Assembly (NCBI GenBank): GCA_022601335.1 | Contig: JAJACV010000020.1 | Location: 19,274-83,273, forward strand | Direction of reading: 5' to 3' | DNA length: 64,000 bases | DNA from: Chlamydiota bacterium | Lineage (GTDB): Bacteria > Chlamydiota > Chlamydiia > Chlamydiales > JAAZZY01 | Part shown: positions 37,783 to 50,708 of the stretch, piece after piece | Position numbering within the stretch: the stretch's first letter is position 1 | How the letters are laid out: each line of letters starts with the position of its first letter | Made by a program: the position numbers and the translations under genes | Notes under the pieces: model-generated | The model's database searches: none | What the model saw: only the letters and a program-made list of their open reading frames with translations | What the model was told of the DNA's origin: nothing

Positions 37783-38769
37783 ATGACGATAAACAATCGT
37801 TTAATACAAACATTGAAATGCTGTGTAGCATTACTGCTAGTAACTTTTTTCGTAACTCCATCTACATTATCTGCGGATGATGTCACTGAAGCATCGAAAT
37901 TAGTTTCTTTCTCGAACGCAAGTTTTCGCGGGCAAGATAAAAATTATCAACCCGTGAATAGCTGGACTCCTTATGTAACATGGATCGGCAATGTCCAAGA
38001 TTCTACTTTAAAGAATTTTAGCATCGCGACTTATGGGGTGGGTTTTCTCTATGCTTCAAAAACTAGAGGTAACTTAACCATGACTCCTAAGGCATCAACT
38101 GCTCAAAATGACAACTCTGTTACTTTGGCACAAGGTGTTGGAAATGTTTCATACAATAGAACTCCTATTTATGAAATTATGTACGGAATGAAGCTATATA
38201 CTTGGTTGAGCGTGATGTTTTCAATCCAGAACCAAAATAGCATCAATGTGCAAACTGACTACGTATACGGTGGTGGAAATCCTTCTCAAGGCTTTTCTGC
38301 TAACGGATCTGTAGGTTATCAATATAGAGGTCAACTCGGTCTTAATTCCCTTATGTTTAAGGTGTTTTTTGAACTGCCTTGGGTTCTAGTTTGGAAAAAC
38401 ATGATGTTTGCGCTTTATATGGATGCTGGAGTAGGGCCAGGCTGGCAAAGCTGGACTGATAATCGCGTTTATATGCAGTGGTACTCAACTGGAGCGGCTT
38501 CGACAAGAAATACGTTTGTAAACACATTATCTCAGAAAATTTCTGCGAGTTGTGTTTATCAAGTGGATTTCGGGCTTCGCGTCAAACCAGCAGTGCTTTC
38601 AGCTGATATGTCATTCGTTGCAGGTTGCAAATACAACGGATGGGGTCAGCAGAAATCTATTGGAAAGATAAGTCAGCAAGGTTCTTGGAACCAGGGGCTT
38701 CTCCAACCAATTTCTGCCCAAGTTTTATATTCTTTCGCACCTTATGTAGGTGTCAATATAAACTACTAA
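37783..38769 (+). CDS. Putative outer-membrane beta-barrel protein, paralogue 2
   Basis: Signal peptide ending LSA; C-terminal PYVGVNINY; collinear similarity to the upstream gene; GAGGTG RBS. Confidence 0.75.
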   Translation: MTINNRLIQTLKCCVALLLVTFFVTPSTLSADDVTEASKLVSFSNASFRGQDKNYQPVNSWTPYVTWIGNVQDSTLKNFSIATYGVGFLYASKTRGNLTMTPKASTAQNDNSVTLAQGVGNVSYNRTPIYEIMYGMKLYTWLSVMFSIQNQNSINVQTDYVYGGGNPSQGFSANGSVGYQYRGQLGLNSLMFKVFFELPWVLVWKNMMFALYMDAGVGPGWQSWTDNRVYMQWYSTGAASTRNTFVNTLSQKISASCVYQVDFGLRVKPAVLSADMSFVAGCKYNGWGQQKSIGKISQQGSWNQGLLQPISAQVLYSFAPYVGVNINY

Positions 38770-38794
38770 TAAGCTTAATTAAGCTTATTGTTTT

Positions 38795-38833
38795 AAAAGG
38801 TTAGAAACTCTTTTGTTTCTAACCTTTTTTTTT
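38795..38833 (+). terminator. Intrinsic terminator
   Basis: aaaaggttagaaac-tctttt-gtttctaacc followed by a T run. Confidence 0.88.
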
Positions 38834-38866
38834 GACTTAAATTCCTTTCTACACGAATATTAGAGT

Positions 38867-40123
38867 ATGCAAAAATCCTCCTTATTTAAACGTCTTACTA
38901 TTTTTGTCCTCTACAACCTCTACTGTTTTGATATTGCAGCTATTGTAATTGTGTTTATTATTTTCACTCCTCTCATTATCCCGACTTCTTCTCAATTAAT
39001 TCCCTCTAACACATCTTTAGCATCACGCAATGTTATTTTAGGGCTTCTTTTTGCGGCCTACCCTATTACTCAATTTTTTGGAGCGCCTATTTTGGGAGAG
39101 CTATCTGACCTTTACGGTAGAAAGCTAATACTTGTTATTTCATCTCTGCTTACTGCTTGTAGTTTTTTTTTAACAGCTGTATCTATATTGTCTCTCCATC
39201 TTCCCTTATTATTTTTAAGTCGACTTATAGGGGGTTTTTTTGCAGGAAACGCCTCGCTTGCTCAAGCGGCTGTCTCAGATATAGTCCCTTCCTCAAAAAA
39301 ATCGAGTTACATGGCTCTTTTTGCCGTTGTAGGTGGTTTTTCTTGGCTTGTAGGACCTTTTGTAGGATCGATTTTCTCTAACCCTAAAATAGTGTCTTGG
39401 TTTAACTACGATGTCCCCTTCTGGTTGCTGGGTTTGATTTTTCTTTTTTCTTGGGGATTACTGCTATTGACAATGGATGCTGATAAACCTAGCAAAAAAT
39501 CACAAAAGCTCTCAGTTTCTCAATTTTTCAAAAACTTTGCATCCATTTTTAAGCTGCGTATTGTAGCGCTTGCATTCACAGCTTCTGGAGTGGCCATGCT
39601 CGGTTGGATGATTTTAAATAGTTTTACGGCCCCTTATCTCACAGAAAAGTACCATTACTCTGAACACGCTTTAAGCCTCGTCTACGCATACTACTCTATA
39701 TTCTGGATTATCGGAGGGGGGTGCGCTTTATATTGGTTTAAGAAGCATCCTTGTGCAAAACTGAACCTCTTCTGTTTACTCTTCATTCCATTCTTTATTC
39801 TTTTATTTGTTTTTTGGAATAAACCGTATGCCGTTTTTTGGATTACCCCTATTCCTATTTTTTTGATGTCGATTTCAGTGGCTTCATTTATGTCCCTTTT
39901 TTCTCACCTTGTAGATCAAAAGATGCAAGGAAAAATCTTTGGAGGATATACCGGCATGCTAGCACTTGCCTCAGCGATAGCCCCCTCTTTTTCTGGATGG
40001 ATTGCAAAGTACGGATTGCATATTCCTTTTGCAGCATCTAGCTTGATTCTTTTTGTGACTTTTATCCTTTATTTTGTTTGGTATATGCAGCAAAAAAAAG
40101 AACTTTCATCTCGAAATATTTAA
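38867..40123 (+). CDS. MFS transporter (DHA1/TetA-like)
   Basis: ~12 TM segments; motif A GELSDLYGRK; SRLIGGFFAG. Confidence 0.92.
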   Translation: MQKSSLFKRLTIFVLYNLYCFDIAAIVIVFIIFTPLIIPTSSQLIPSNTSLASRNVILGLLFAAYPITQFFGAPILGELSDLYGRKLILVISSLLTACSFFLTAVSILSLHLPLLFLSRLIGGFFAGNASLAQAAVSDIVPSSKKSSYMALFAVVGGFSWLVGPFVGSIFSNPKIVSWFNYDVPFWLLGLIFLFSWGLLLLTMDADKPSKKSQKLSVSQFFKNFASIFKLRIVALAFTASGVAMLGWMILNSFTAPYLTEKYHYSEHALSLVYAYYSIFWIIGGGCALYWFKKHPCAKLNLFCLLFIPFFILLFVFWNKPYAVFWITPIPIFLMSISVASFMSLFSHLVDQKMQGKIFGGYTGMLALASAIAPSFSGWIAKYGLHIPFAASSLILFVTFILYFVWYMQQKKELSSRNI

Positions 40124-40163
40124 GAAAAGACGAGAAGAACTTCTCGCCTTTATGTCAGACTAT

Positions 40164-40538
40164 TTATACTTGGATTGTATGTTGCTTTGCATTTGGTGAC
40201 TGATAACGCATTTCTGTATCCGCACTCAAGTGATGTATGGCATTTGAAAAACAAGTAGCAGCTGCTTGTAGAAGAATATAATCTGTTATAACGGTGGCTA
40301 CAACATTGGTAGCAATTGTTGAGATAGATGATACCTCTGAAAAAAGCATGTTTGCGAACACAGCAGAGGAACTGAACAATCCACAGGCTCCGGTTGTTGC
40401 TAGAGCTGCCATACCCAAAGCATTACCAGCGGTTTGCCAAGCGGCCCCTTTTAATGAACTTTGATTTGTTTTTTTAATAACTTCAGCTCGATCAAAGGGA
40501 TTACCATTCATCTCTAAAGTACCTGATATTGTCGACAT
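40164..40538 (-). CDS. Small hypothetical protein with hydrophobic hairpin
   Basis: 124 aa, AGGAGTGA RBS, MSTIS N-terminus, Ala/Gly-rich hydrophobic core. Confidence 0.65.
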   Translation of the reverse strand: MSTISGTLEMNGNPFDRAEVIKKTNQSSLKGAAWQTAGNALGMAALATTGACGLFSSSAVFANMLFSEVSSISTIATNVVATVITDYILLQAAATCFSNAIHHLSADTEMRYQSPNAKQHTIQV

Positions 40539-40634
40539 AAAATCACTCCTTTTTAAATTTTAAAAATTAAAACTAAAAGAAAGGATGGCATTTTTATGAT
40601 TTAAAAAAAAAGATGTATTTTCCAAGAAAAAATT

Positions 40635-40715
40635 TGCCCAGGATAGGACTCGAACCTACACACCAAAGGCACCAGATCCTAAGTCTGGCGTGTCTACCAA
40701 TTTCACCACCTGGGC
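40635..40715 (-). tRNA. tRNA-Leu (anticodon UAG)
   Basis: GCCCAGGTGGTGAAATTGGTAGACACGCCAGACTTAGGATCTGGTGCCTTTGGTGTGTAGGTTCGAGTCCTATCCTGGGCA; long variable arm; CCA not encoded. Confidence 0.97.
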
Positions 40716-40784
40716 AAAGGAGATGAGATATAAAAATCGGTGCTTATTCTATGTTAAAGCGTTAATATAGTTCAAGTAAATCTA

Positions 40785-42140
40785 TTAAAAGAGGCCTATA
40801 GCCTTCAAAAAGATTAAAATTACAAGCAAAGGAGCTGTAAATTTTAGAGAAAGCCAAAAGTAGCCTTTTACAAGAATGTTTCTCTCAAATAGACCTTCAG
40901 TCCCCTCTTTTAAAGCGTGGTAGGCTTTTTTAAATCCCCATCTCCATGCTATTAAAATGAGTGCTAAAAAGCCTCCAATAGGCACCATAATATCTAAGGC
41001 TATCATCGAGACTAGATCCCAAAGAGAGTGTCCAAAAACTAAGAACTTGTGGGCCACAAAATTAGAAAATATCATGGGTATGCCTAATAAAAATGAGGTG
41101 AGACATACGAAGATTACCGCTTTTTTTCGCCTCCATTTTTTTTCATCCATTAGGTAGGCTATTAAAGGTTCTAAAGCACTAATTTGAGAGGTTATTGCAG
41201 CTAGGGTTAAAAGCAGAAAGAAAAGAATAGCGAAGATGTAGCCCCCTTTGAGCTGGCTAAATGCAAGTGGAAGTGTATAGAAAATGAGAGGGGCTCCTTC
41301 ATCAGGTGACAAACCGACTGAAAATACAATTGGAAAAATAGCCATCCCAGCTAGTAAAGCAATGAAGGTATCAATCAGAGCAATTGGAAAACAGCTTTTA
41401 GGAATATTGTCTTTGGGAGATAAATAACTGCCATAAGTCACCATGGTTCCTTGTCCTAGACTGAGAGTAAAAAAAGAATGCCCCAAAGCTATTAAAAAGG
41501 TGGTAGGTGTAATCAAGCTCCAGTTTGGTTTAAAGTAAAAAGCCAATCCTTTCTCTGAACCTGGCAAGCTAAGGCCACTAATCACTAGAGCAATAAGAAT
41601 AACAATTAAAAAAGGAACAAGGATTTTGGATCCCCTTTCTAATCCTTTTCTAACTCCTAAAAATAAAAGACCAAAGCATAAAACCATAAAAATTAGATGA
41701 AACGCAAGTCCCCAAACTGGATTTCCAACAAGGTGTTTAAAATAGGATTGAACTTCTGCAAGTGAGCTAAAGTGCGTCGATAAACCGCCTATGGAAGCTA
41801 TTAAATAGCCGAGCACCCAGCCTGCTATGACACTGTAAAAAGAGCTTATAATAAATCCTGTTATCACTGTGAATAAACCAGAACCTGTCCAAAAGGAATC
41901 GCCTCCTAGTTTTTTAAAAGCGCCTGCAGGGTTTTTTTGAGCGGTTCGTCCTATCAGGACTTCCGAGATGAAAACAGGAAAGCCTATTAAAAAAAGACAC
42001 ACAAGATAGATGCAAATAAAAGCAGCTCCCCCATACTGACCGACTATGTAGGGAAAGCGCCAAATATTGGCAAGACCTACAGCAGATCCTGCTGCTGCGA
42101 AAATAAAACCTAGCTTAGATTTCCAAGATGCTCTTTTCAT
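40785..42140 (-). CDS. Sodium-dependent transporter (NSS/SNF family)
   Basis: AGSAVGLANIWRFPY, GGAAF, FFTLSLGQG. Confidence 0.95.
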   Translation of the reverse strand: MKRASWKSKLGFIFAAAGSAVGLANIWRFPYIVGQYGGAAFICIYLVCLFLIGFPVFISEVLIGRTAQKNPAGAFKKLGGDSFWTGSGLFTVITGFIISSFYSVIAGWVLGYLIASIGGLSTHFSSLAEVQSYFKHLVGNPVWGLAFHLIFMVLCFGLLFLGVRKGLERGSKILVPFLIVILIALVISGLSLPGSEKGLAFYFKPNWSLITPTTFLIALGHSFFTLSLGQGTMVTYGSYLSPKDNIPKSCFPIALIDTFIALLAGMAIFPIVFSVGLSPDEGAPLIFYTLPLAFSQLKGGYIFAILFFLLLTLAAITSQISALEPLIAYLMDEKKWRRKKAVIFVCLTSFLLGIPMIFSNFVAHKFLVFGHSLWDLVSMIALDIMVPIGGFLALILIAWRWGFKKAYHALKEGTEGLFERNILVKGYFWLSLKFTAPLLVILIFLKAIGLF

Positions 42141-42355
42141 TTTGTTTACGTAGAATAAAAGGATGAAATTTTAGCTGTTTTGATTATTTTTAGCCAGATG
42201 AAGTCAGCGTTTATTATCAAGGTAAAATTTTATTTAGCTCATTAACTCCAAATTCATCTCCAAATCGATAATGTTGTCGATATTTTTCAAAAGAAGGCTG
42301 TTTTTTTTTCTGTATCATTTCATAATGAGAGACTTATTTATTAGGATATTTTCAT

Positions 42356-43702
42356 ATGGACACCCCCCATTCTTTTTTTGAGACCGAGATTTTTGATGTG
42401 AACTCTTCAGGACAAGGTGTCGCCTCTCTAGATGGTTTAAAAGTTTTTATTGACTTAGCGCTACCCTCTGAAAGAGTTAAAGCCAAACTGAGACTTAAAA
42501 AGAAAAACTATGCTTTAGCAGATCTTGTTGAAATTCAAAAAACGTCACCGGATCGCGTACCTCCTGTTTGCCCTATTTTTTCAAAATGTGGCGGGTGTCA
42601 AATTATGCATTGGAGCTATGACAAGCAATTAGAATATAAAACACAAAAAGTAAAAGACGCTCTTACTAGAATAGGAGATTTTGAAAATCCTCCTCTAAAA
42701 GATTGTATAGCATCTTCCCCTCTCCATTATCGGAACAAAATTCAGCTTCCTTTTTTTGAAAAAAACGGCCTTGTTAAACTAGGATTATATGAAAAGCATT
42801 CGAATCGAGTTGTTGAAGTAGAAAAATGCTTTATTCACTGCACACTTGGGGAAAAAGTTTACGCCTCTCTCACGGAATTGCTGGAAGAATCTTCCCTTGA
42901 AGTTTATAATGCAGGCTCTCAAAAAGGGTTCTTACGTCATTTGCTAATCCGCACTGCAATAGAAACGAACGAAGTGCTCCTCGTCTTTATTACTTCATCT
43001 ACTAAGTATCAAAAGGAACTAAGACAACTCGCTAAAAAGCTTATGAGCTTGCACCCTCAAATTAAAGGTGTTCTTCAAAACGTTAATAAAAAAAGATACA
43101 ACTCCATCATGGGAGATCAGTTGATTACTCTAGAGGGCCGACCCTTCATCTATGAGCAAATTGGCTCTTTTAAATTAAAAGTTTCAGCACATGCTTTTTT
43201 TCAAGTCAACCCCAAGCAAGCTCAAAATCTGTATGAAAAAGCGATAGAGCTAGCTGAGCTTAACAAAGAAGAAACACTTTTAGACGCTTACTGTGGAATA
43301 GGGATGTTTTCCCTTTTTGCTTCTAAGAGAGTAAAAAAAGTGATTGGAATAGAAAGCATTCCTTGCGCGGTTACAGATGCTCAAGACAACGCTCGCTTAA
43401 ACTCTTTAACTAATTTAGAATTTAGGTGTGACTTTTTGGAAAAGGCAGTTCTAAGCCTTGAAGATATTAATGCTGCTTTTATCAATCCTCCAAGAAAAGG
43501 GTGTGATAAAATTGTTTTGGAGGCGCTTGTTAATCTCAAAGTCAAAAAAATCATCTATATTTCATGCGACCCTGCTACTTTAGCTCGAGACTTGAGGTTT
43601 TTAAAAGAAGAGGGCTATGATTTAAAACAAGTGCAGCCTCTCGACATGTTTCCTCAAACAACGCACGTAGAATCAATAGCCGTTCTGGCTCTCAATAATT
43701 GA
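42356..43702 (+). CDS. rlmD: 23S rRNA (uracil-5)-methyltransferase
   Basis: TRAM N-terminus, C..F..CGGC, FFQVN, NPPRKG, YISCDPATLARD, DMFPQTTHVE. Confidence 0.92.
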   Translation: MDTPHSFFETEIFDVNSSGQGVASLDGLKVFIDLALPSERVKAKLRLKKKNYALADLVEIQKTSPDRVPPVCPIFSKCGGCQIMHWSYDKQLEYKTQKVKDALTRIGDFENPPLKDCIASSPLHYRNKIQLPFFEKNGLVKLGLYEKHSNRVVEVEKCFIHCTLGEKVYASLTELLEESSLEVYNAGSQKGFLRHLLIRTAIETNEVLLVFITSSTKYQKELRQLAKKLMSLHPQIKGVLQNVNKKRYNSIMGDQLITLEGRPFIYEQIGSFKLKVSAHAFFQVNPKQAQNLYEKAIELAELNKEETLLDAYCGIGMFSLFASKRVKKVIGIESIPCAVTDAQDNARLNSLTNLEFRCDFLEKAVLSLEDINAAFINPPRKGCDKIVLEALVNLKVKKIIYISCDPATLARDLRFLKEEGYDLKQVQPLDMFPQTTHVESIAVLALNN

Positions 43703-43856
43703 ACTTTCTATTAACACCCACAGTCTAAAAAAATAAGCTACAGGCTCTAAGTGTCTGTAGCTCATAACACACATTATGTACATGATTCAGTATGAGCAGC
43801 CTACTAAAACTTTTCCGAATTAGAGAACTGCTCTTTAGCATTCATTTACAGAATGA

Positions 43857-44456
43857 TTAAATCTTCCATGAAATATATGCTGTTGGATTTGCAAGAAATG
43901 ACCATGACTTCATTCTAGAATTCGTTGGAATTAGAGTTTTAGAAGTATCAGTATATCCTGCTTCCGAATAGCCAACGAGAGTTGTTTCTACTCCAATGTA
44001 GACACTACCATTAAGGCGGTACATAAAACCTGTTCCCCAACCCAGAAAATAGTTTGAACTTAACTTAGCTTGATTAACTAAATTTATTCCAAAATTTTGA
44101 CCCCATGTAGGCCCATGCATTAAGAAGAATTGGTTATTTAATTTTTGTCTCATTAAAGGAATATAATTTCTCAATCCAGCAAAAATAAGAGTAGACCAAG
44201 AGTTCACTCCAAAATAGCCATTGTAATTAGTTACTGAGCTATAGGGAGATATTCCGAAAAACGGCTGCCACTGATTATTTTTTCCAAGGTAATAACCTAT
44301 AAAAAAAGATGATAATGAGTTACTTCCAACCCCAATTGAAAATCCATTGGTATAACATTGTTCTTTATTATTTTCTTCTTGGTAGCGCCCTGCATGAATA
44401 CTTGTAACGGTTAAACAACAGACAACGGCTAAAATGAATTTAATTTTTTTGTTCAC
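43857..44456 (-). CDS. Small putative outer-membrane beta-barrel protein
   Basis: Signal peptide ending IHA; Gly/Tyr/Phe/Asn-rich alternating strands; C-terminal AYISWKI. Confidence 0.65.
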   Translation of the reverse strand: MNKKIKFILAVVCCLTVTSIHAGRYQEENNKEQCYTNGFSIGVGSNSLSSFFIGYYLGKNNQWQPFFGISPYSSVTNYNGYFGVNSWSTLIFAGLRNYIPLMRQKLNNQFFLMHGPTWGQNFGINLVNQAKLSSNYFLGWGTGFMYRLNGSVYIGVETTLVGYSEAGYTDTSKTLIPTNSRMKSWSFLANPTAYISWKI

Positions 44457-44628
44457 TAGACATACCTATATTTTATCATTTATAAATTTACGACTCAATT
44501 TGTTAATTATCTGTAAAAAGTATAAGAATTACATTCTACATTTCTCGGCAAGTTATCATTATATCTATGAATATGTCAACAGATGAGATAAAAACATTTT
44601 ATAATTAGAGGAATGTAACAGCAAAGCC

Positions 44629-45303
44629 TTATTTTATTTTTTCTTGGAGAAAGAGTTCACAAAGACCCCATGGATATGAGACTTGAAAGGTTTGAGTCAC
44701 TTTATATTCAGGGCTATCTAAGTATTCATTTAAGTGAAAACTTGTTGTTAAAACCCTTGTACCGAGTTTGAGTGTTTTCCATTTTTTTAATAAAGATAAA
44801 ATCATTGAATCAGAAAAACTGGTCCCGTAAAAATAAATAATAGTGGCTGGATTGTAATCAACTTCTAATAAATCTTTTTCAAGAAATCTAATTTTACTTT
44901 TGCCTAATTGCTTCTTTATGGAATTTGCTTTCTTTATAAAAAGCGGGACTTTTTCTACGGCGACGACCTGGCACCCTGAAATTTGTTGAAACCAAAAACT
45001 TATTCTTCCAGTGCCACTTCCTAAATCAAATAACACATCTTTGGATGTGATAGGAAGGTATTGAATAAATTTAGGAACAACACTTGGCCAGGTTTCCCCG
45101 TAACTGTGTTGTACGGATGAATCTTCATTATGGAAGAATTTTTTGCAAACTTTATAGGGATTGGTAGTGGCGTAATGTTTTAGATAAAGGAGATCTATTC
45201 TCCAAAGAGGTTCTTGGAAATAAAGAGGTATAATTTTTATCTGTTGAATAATACGCAAAAAAGAAATTTTGAGATTAATAAACAGGAGTTTAATGGTGTC
45301 CAA
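44629..45303 (-). CDS. Class I SAM-dependent methyltransferase, DOT1-like
   Basis: YGET...DVLFDLGSGTGR...VAVEK; C-terminal VSYPWG. Confidence 0.8.
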   Translation of the reverse strand: MDTIKLLFINLKISFLRIIQQIKIIPLYFQEPLWRIDLLYLKHYATTNPYKVCKKFFHNEDSSVQHSYGETWPSVVPKFIQYLPITSKDVLFDLGSGTGRISFWFQQISGCQVVAVEKVPLFIKKANSIKKQLGKSKIRFLEKDLLEVDYNPATIIYFYGTSFSDSMILSLLKKWKTLKLGTRVLTTSFHLNEYLDSPEYKVTQTFQVSYPWGLCELFLQEKIK

Positions 45304-45398
45304 ACAAGCTTACCCATTGATTATTTGATTTGGTTGTACCATATGAAATGTGTTATGATCAAGCTCCCCTTTGTTGAGAGGCTCTATCCTTATAACGG

Positions 45399-48434
<3,036 letters not shown>

Positions 48435-48454
<20 letters not shown>

Positions 48455-49712
48455 CTAAAACCTTACCTATCAAGCCATCAGTTGTATTACCTGTTACAAT
48501 AACTTGCAGTAATTGATTTGCTCTTATTTTTTTATTGGGTATGTATATTTTTAAGAAGTTATCAGTATGTCCTACACTCATGAATTCCTCTGAATTATTA
48601 CTTTCGGTAAGCACTTCCATTTTCCTACCTACATACTTTTCTCTGAGCTCAAAGCTCATTTTTTCACTCCATTCAAGAAGACGATTTTTACGCTCTTTTA
48701 TCTGCTGTGGAGGGACCGTATCTGTAAAGCTTGCCGCTTTGGTTCTTTCTCGCCTAGAGTATGGAAACATATGTACTTTTGAAAACTTAACTTGAGAGAC
48801 AACATCCATAGTCTCTTCGAAATCGCTCTCCCTTTCTCCCGGAAAACCGACAATAATATCTGTTGTAAAAGTAAAGTCTGGGCATTTGAGCCGGATACGA
48901 TCTATCGTTTGAAAGAATAGTTGACGCGTATATTTTCGATTCATTTTTTTTAAGACAAGATTCGATCCTGATTGAAGAACAATATGCATAGAAGCACAGG
49001 TTTTATCACACGTCAAAATAGTTTCTAAGAGTTCATCATCCACTTCATCTGGATCAATAGAAGAGATACGAATCCTCTTTAACCCCTCTATTTTATCTAG
49101 AGCTTGAACGAGATGAACGAGTCTCGTAGAGTTAGAAGGATCATTGCCATCAAAATCTCCAATATTAATCCCTGTTAAAACAATTTCCTTAATACCACTT
49201 TGAACGAGAGTTTTGGCTTCATTGACGATATCTAAGAGCGTTCTTGATCTAGACTTTCCTCGAACATAGGGAATAATACAATAAGAGCAAAAAGAGTTAC
49301 AGCCATCTTGAATTTTGATAAATGCCCGCGTTTGTGAATTGACTTGATCAATTATAAATTCAGGAAACTTATCCTGTGGATAAATCTTATTGAGCAACAA
49401 GTCTTTTTCTTTATTGGAGATTACAAAATCAGCTTCTTCTATTTCAAGAAGTTGATGACGTCCTTTTTCTACCATACATCCCGTGACAGCAATTTTAGCA
49501 TCGGGATATTTTTTTCTTAATCGTCGAATTTGATTACGGCTATGGCTGTCTGCAGATTGAGTTACTGTACAGGTGTTTACAATACACAAATCAGCTTTTT
49601 CAGTCCCTTGAGCTTCTTCATAACCAGATTGCTTCAATTGACTTTTATAAGCTAAAGATTCGTATTGATTGGTTCTACAACCTAGCGTCTCTATCTTGAA
49701 TTTTTTAGACAT
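48435..49712 (-). CDS. mtaB: tRNA t6A37 methylthiotransferase
   Basis: TLGCRTNQYES, NTCTVT, CNSFCSYC, RIRISSIDP, HMFPYSRRERT, GHTDNF. Confidence 0.92.
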
Positions 49713-50643
49713 TTGATTTTATCTTTTTCAATTCACGAGGTAAATCAAAGGAGATATTCTCTTTGACATGAATGACTTCCTCAATAGAGTCCACACCTAA
49801 TTCCTTTAATTTTTTGATACACTGCTGCACAACATGATCCGGTGTAGAAGCCCCTGCAGTCATTCCAATTACTTTAACATCTTTGAGCCAATTAGGATTA
49901 ATTTCACTAGGGTTGTTGATTAAGTAGGATGGAATGTTCCTATTTGACCCAACTTCTCTTAAGCGGTTGGAATTTGAACTTTGTTGATCTCCCACAACTA
50001 AGATAAGGTCCGTTTGCGTAGTAATACTTTTTAAAGCTTCTTGTCGATTAGTAGTTGCGAAGCAGATGGAGGAACTAGGAAGTGTAATAGCCTGGGGATA
50101 TTTCTCTTTTAGAGCCAAAACAATATCATTGACTTCATCTAAACTTAGCGTCGTTTGCATTTGGTAAAATATTTTTTCATTTTCGTCAAAAGTTAGCGTT
50201 TTGACATCTTCAGCTGATTCAATAATGGTTGTTTGCTCTGGCGCCTCACCGTAGGTGCCAATCACTTCAACATGTTTTTTATGTCCTATTAAAATAATTT
50301 GATACCCCATTTGAGCATAACGCTTTGAAGCTGAGTGAAGCTTCGTAACTAAAGGACAGGTTGCATCAATTTCAAAGAGTTTTCTTTTTTTAGCCTCTTC
50401 TCGTACACAGGGAGAGACCCCATGAGCTGAGTAAATAAGGATAGCTCCTTCGGGGACTTGGCTTAAATCCTCGATAAATACAGCACCTTTTTTTGTTAGC
50501 TCATCGACGACATGTCGATTATGGACAATTTCATGCTTCACATAAATAGGTTTAGGCCAAATCGTTAGAGCTTCTTCAACAACATCGATTGCCCGCTCGA
50601 CTCCGGCACAAAAACCACGAGGTTTTGATAATAAAAGTTTCAT
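49705..50643 (-). CDS. ispH: 4-hydroxy-3-methylbut-2-enyl diphosphate reductase
   Basis: PRGFCAGV, IVHN, SAHG, DATCPLV, ICFATTNRQ, SSNS, TAGASTP. Confidence 0.98.
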   Translation of the reverse strand: MKLLLSKPRGFCAGVERAIDVVEEALTIWPKPIYVKHEIVHNRHVVDELTKKGAVFIEDLSQVPEGAILIYSAHGVSPCVREEAKKRKLFEIDATCPLVTKLHSASKRYAQMGYQIILIGHKKHVEVIGTYGEAPEQTTIIESAEDVKTLTFDENEKIFYQMQTTLSLDEVNDIVLALKEKYPQAITLPSSSICFATTNRQEALKSITTQTDLILVVGDQQSSNSNRLREVGSNRNIPSYLINNPSEINPNWLKDVKVIGMTAGASTPDHVVQQCIKKLKELGVDSIEEVIHVKENISFDLPRELKKIKSNV

Positions 50644-50708
50644 TTGACATCCAATATAATTCGAAGAGTCATTTTAGCGTCTAAACGCTTAACATTCTAC
50701 AAAAAATA

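Noticed and set aside
27909-40715. Integrative element inserted at tRNA-Leu
   Set aside because: No integrase or recombinase, and no duplicated tRNA 3' end seen by eye; kept only as an accessory cluster
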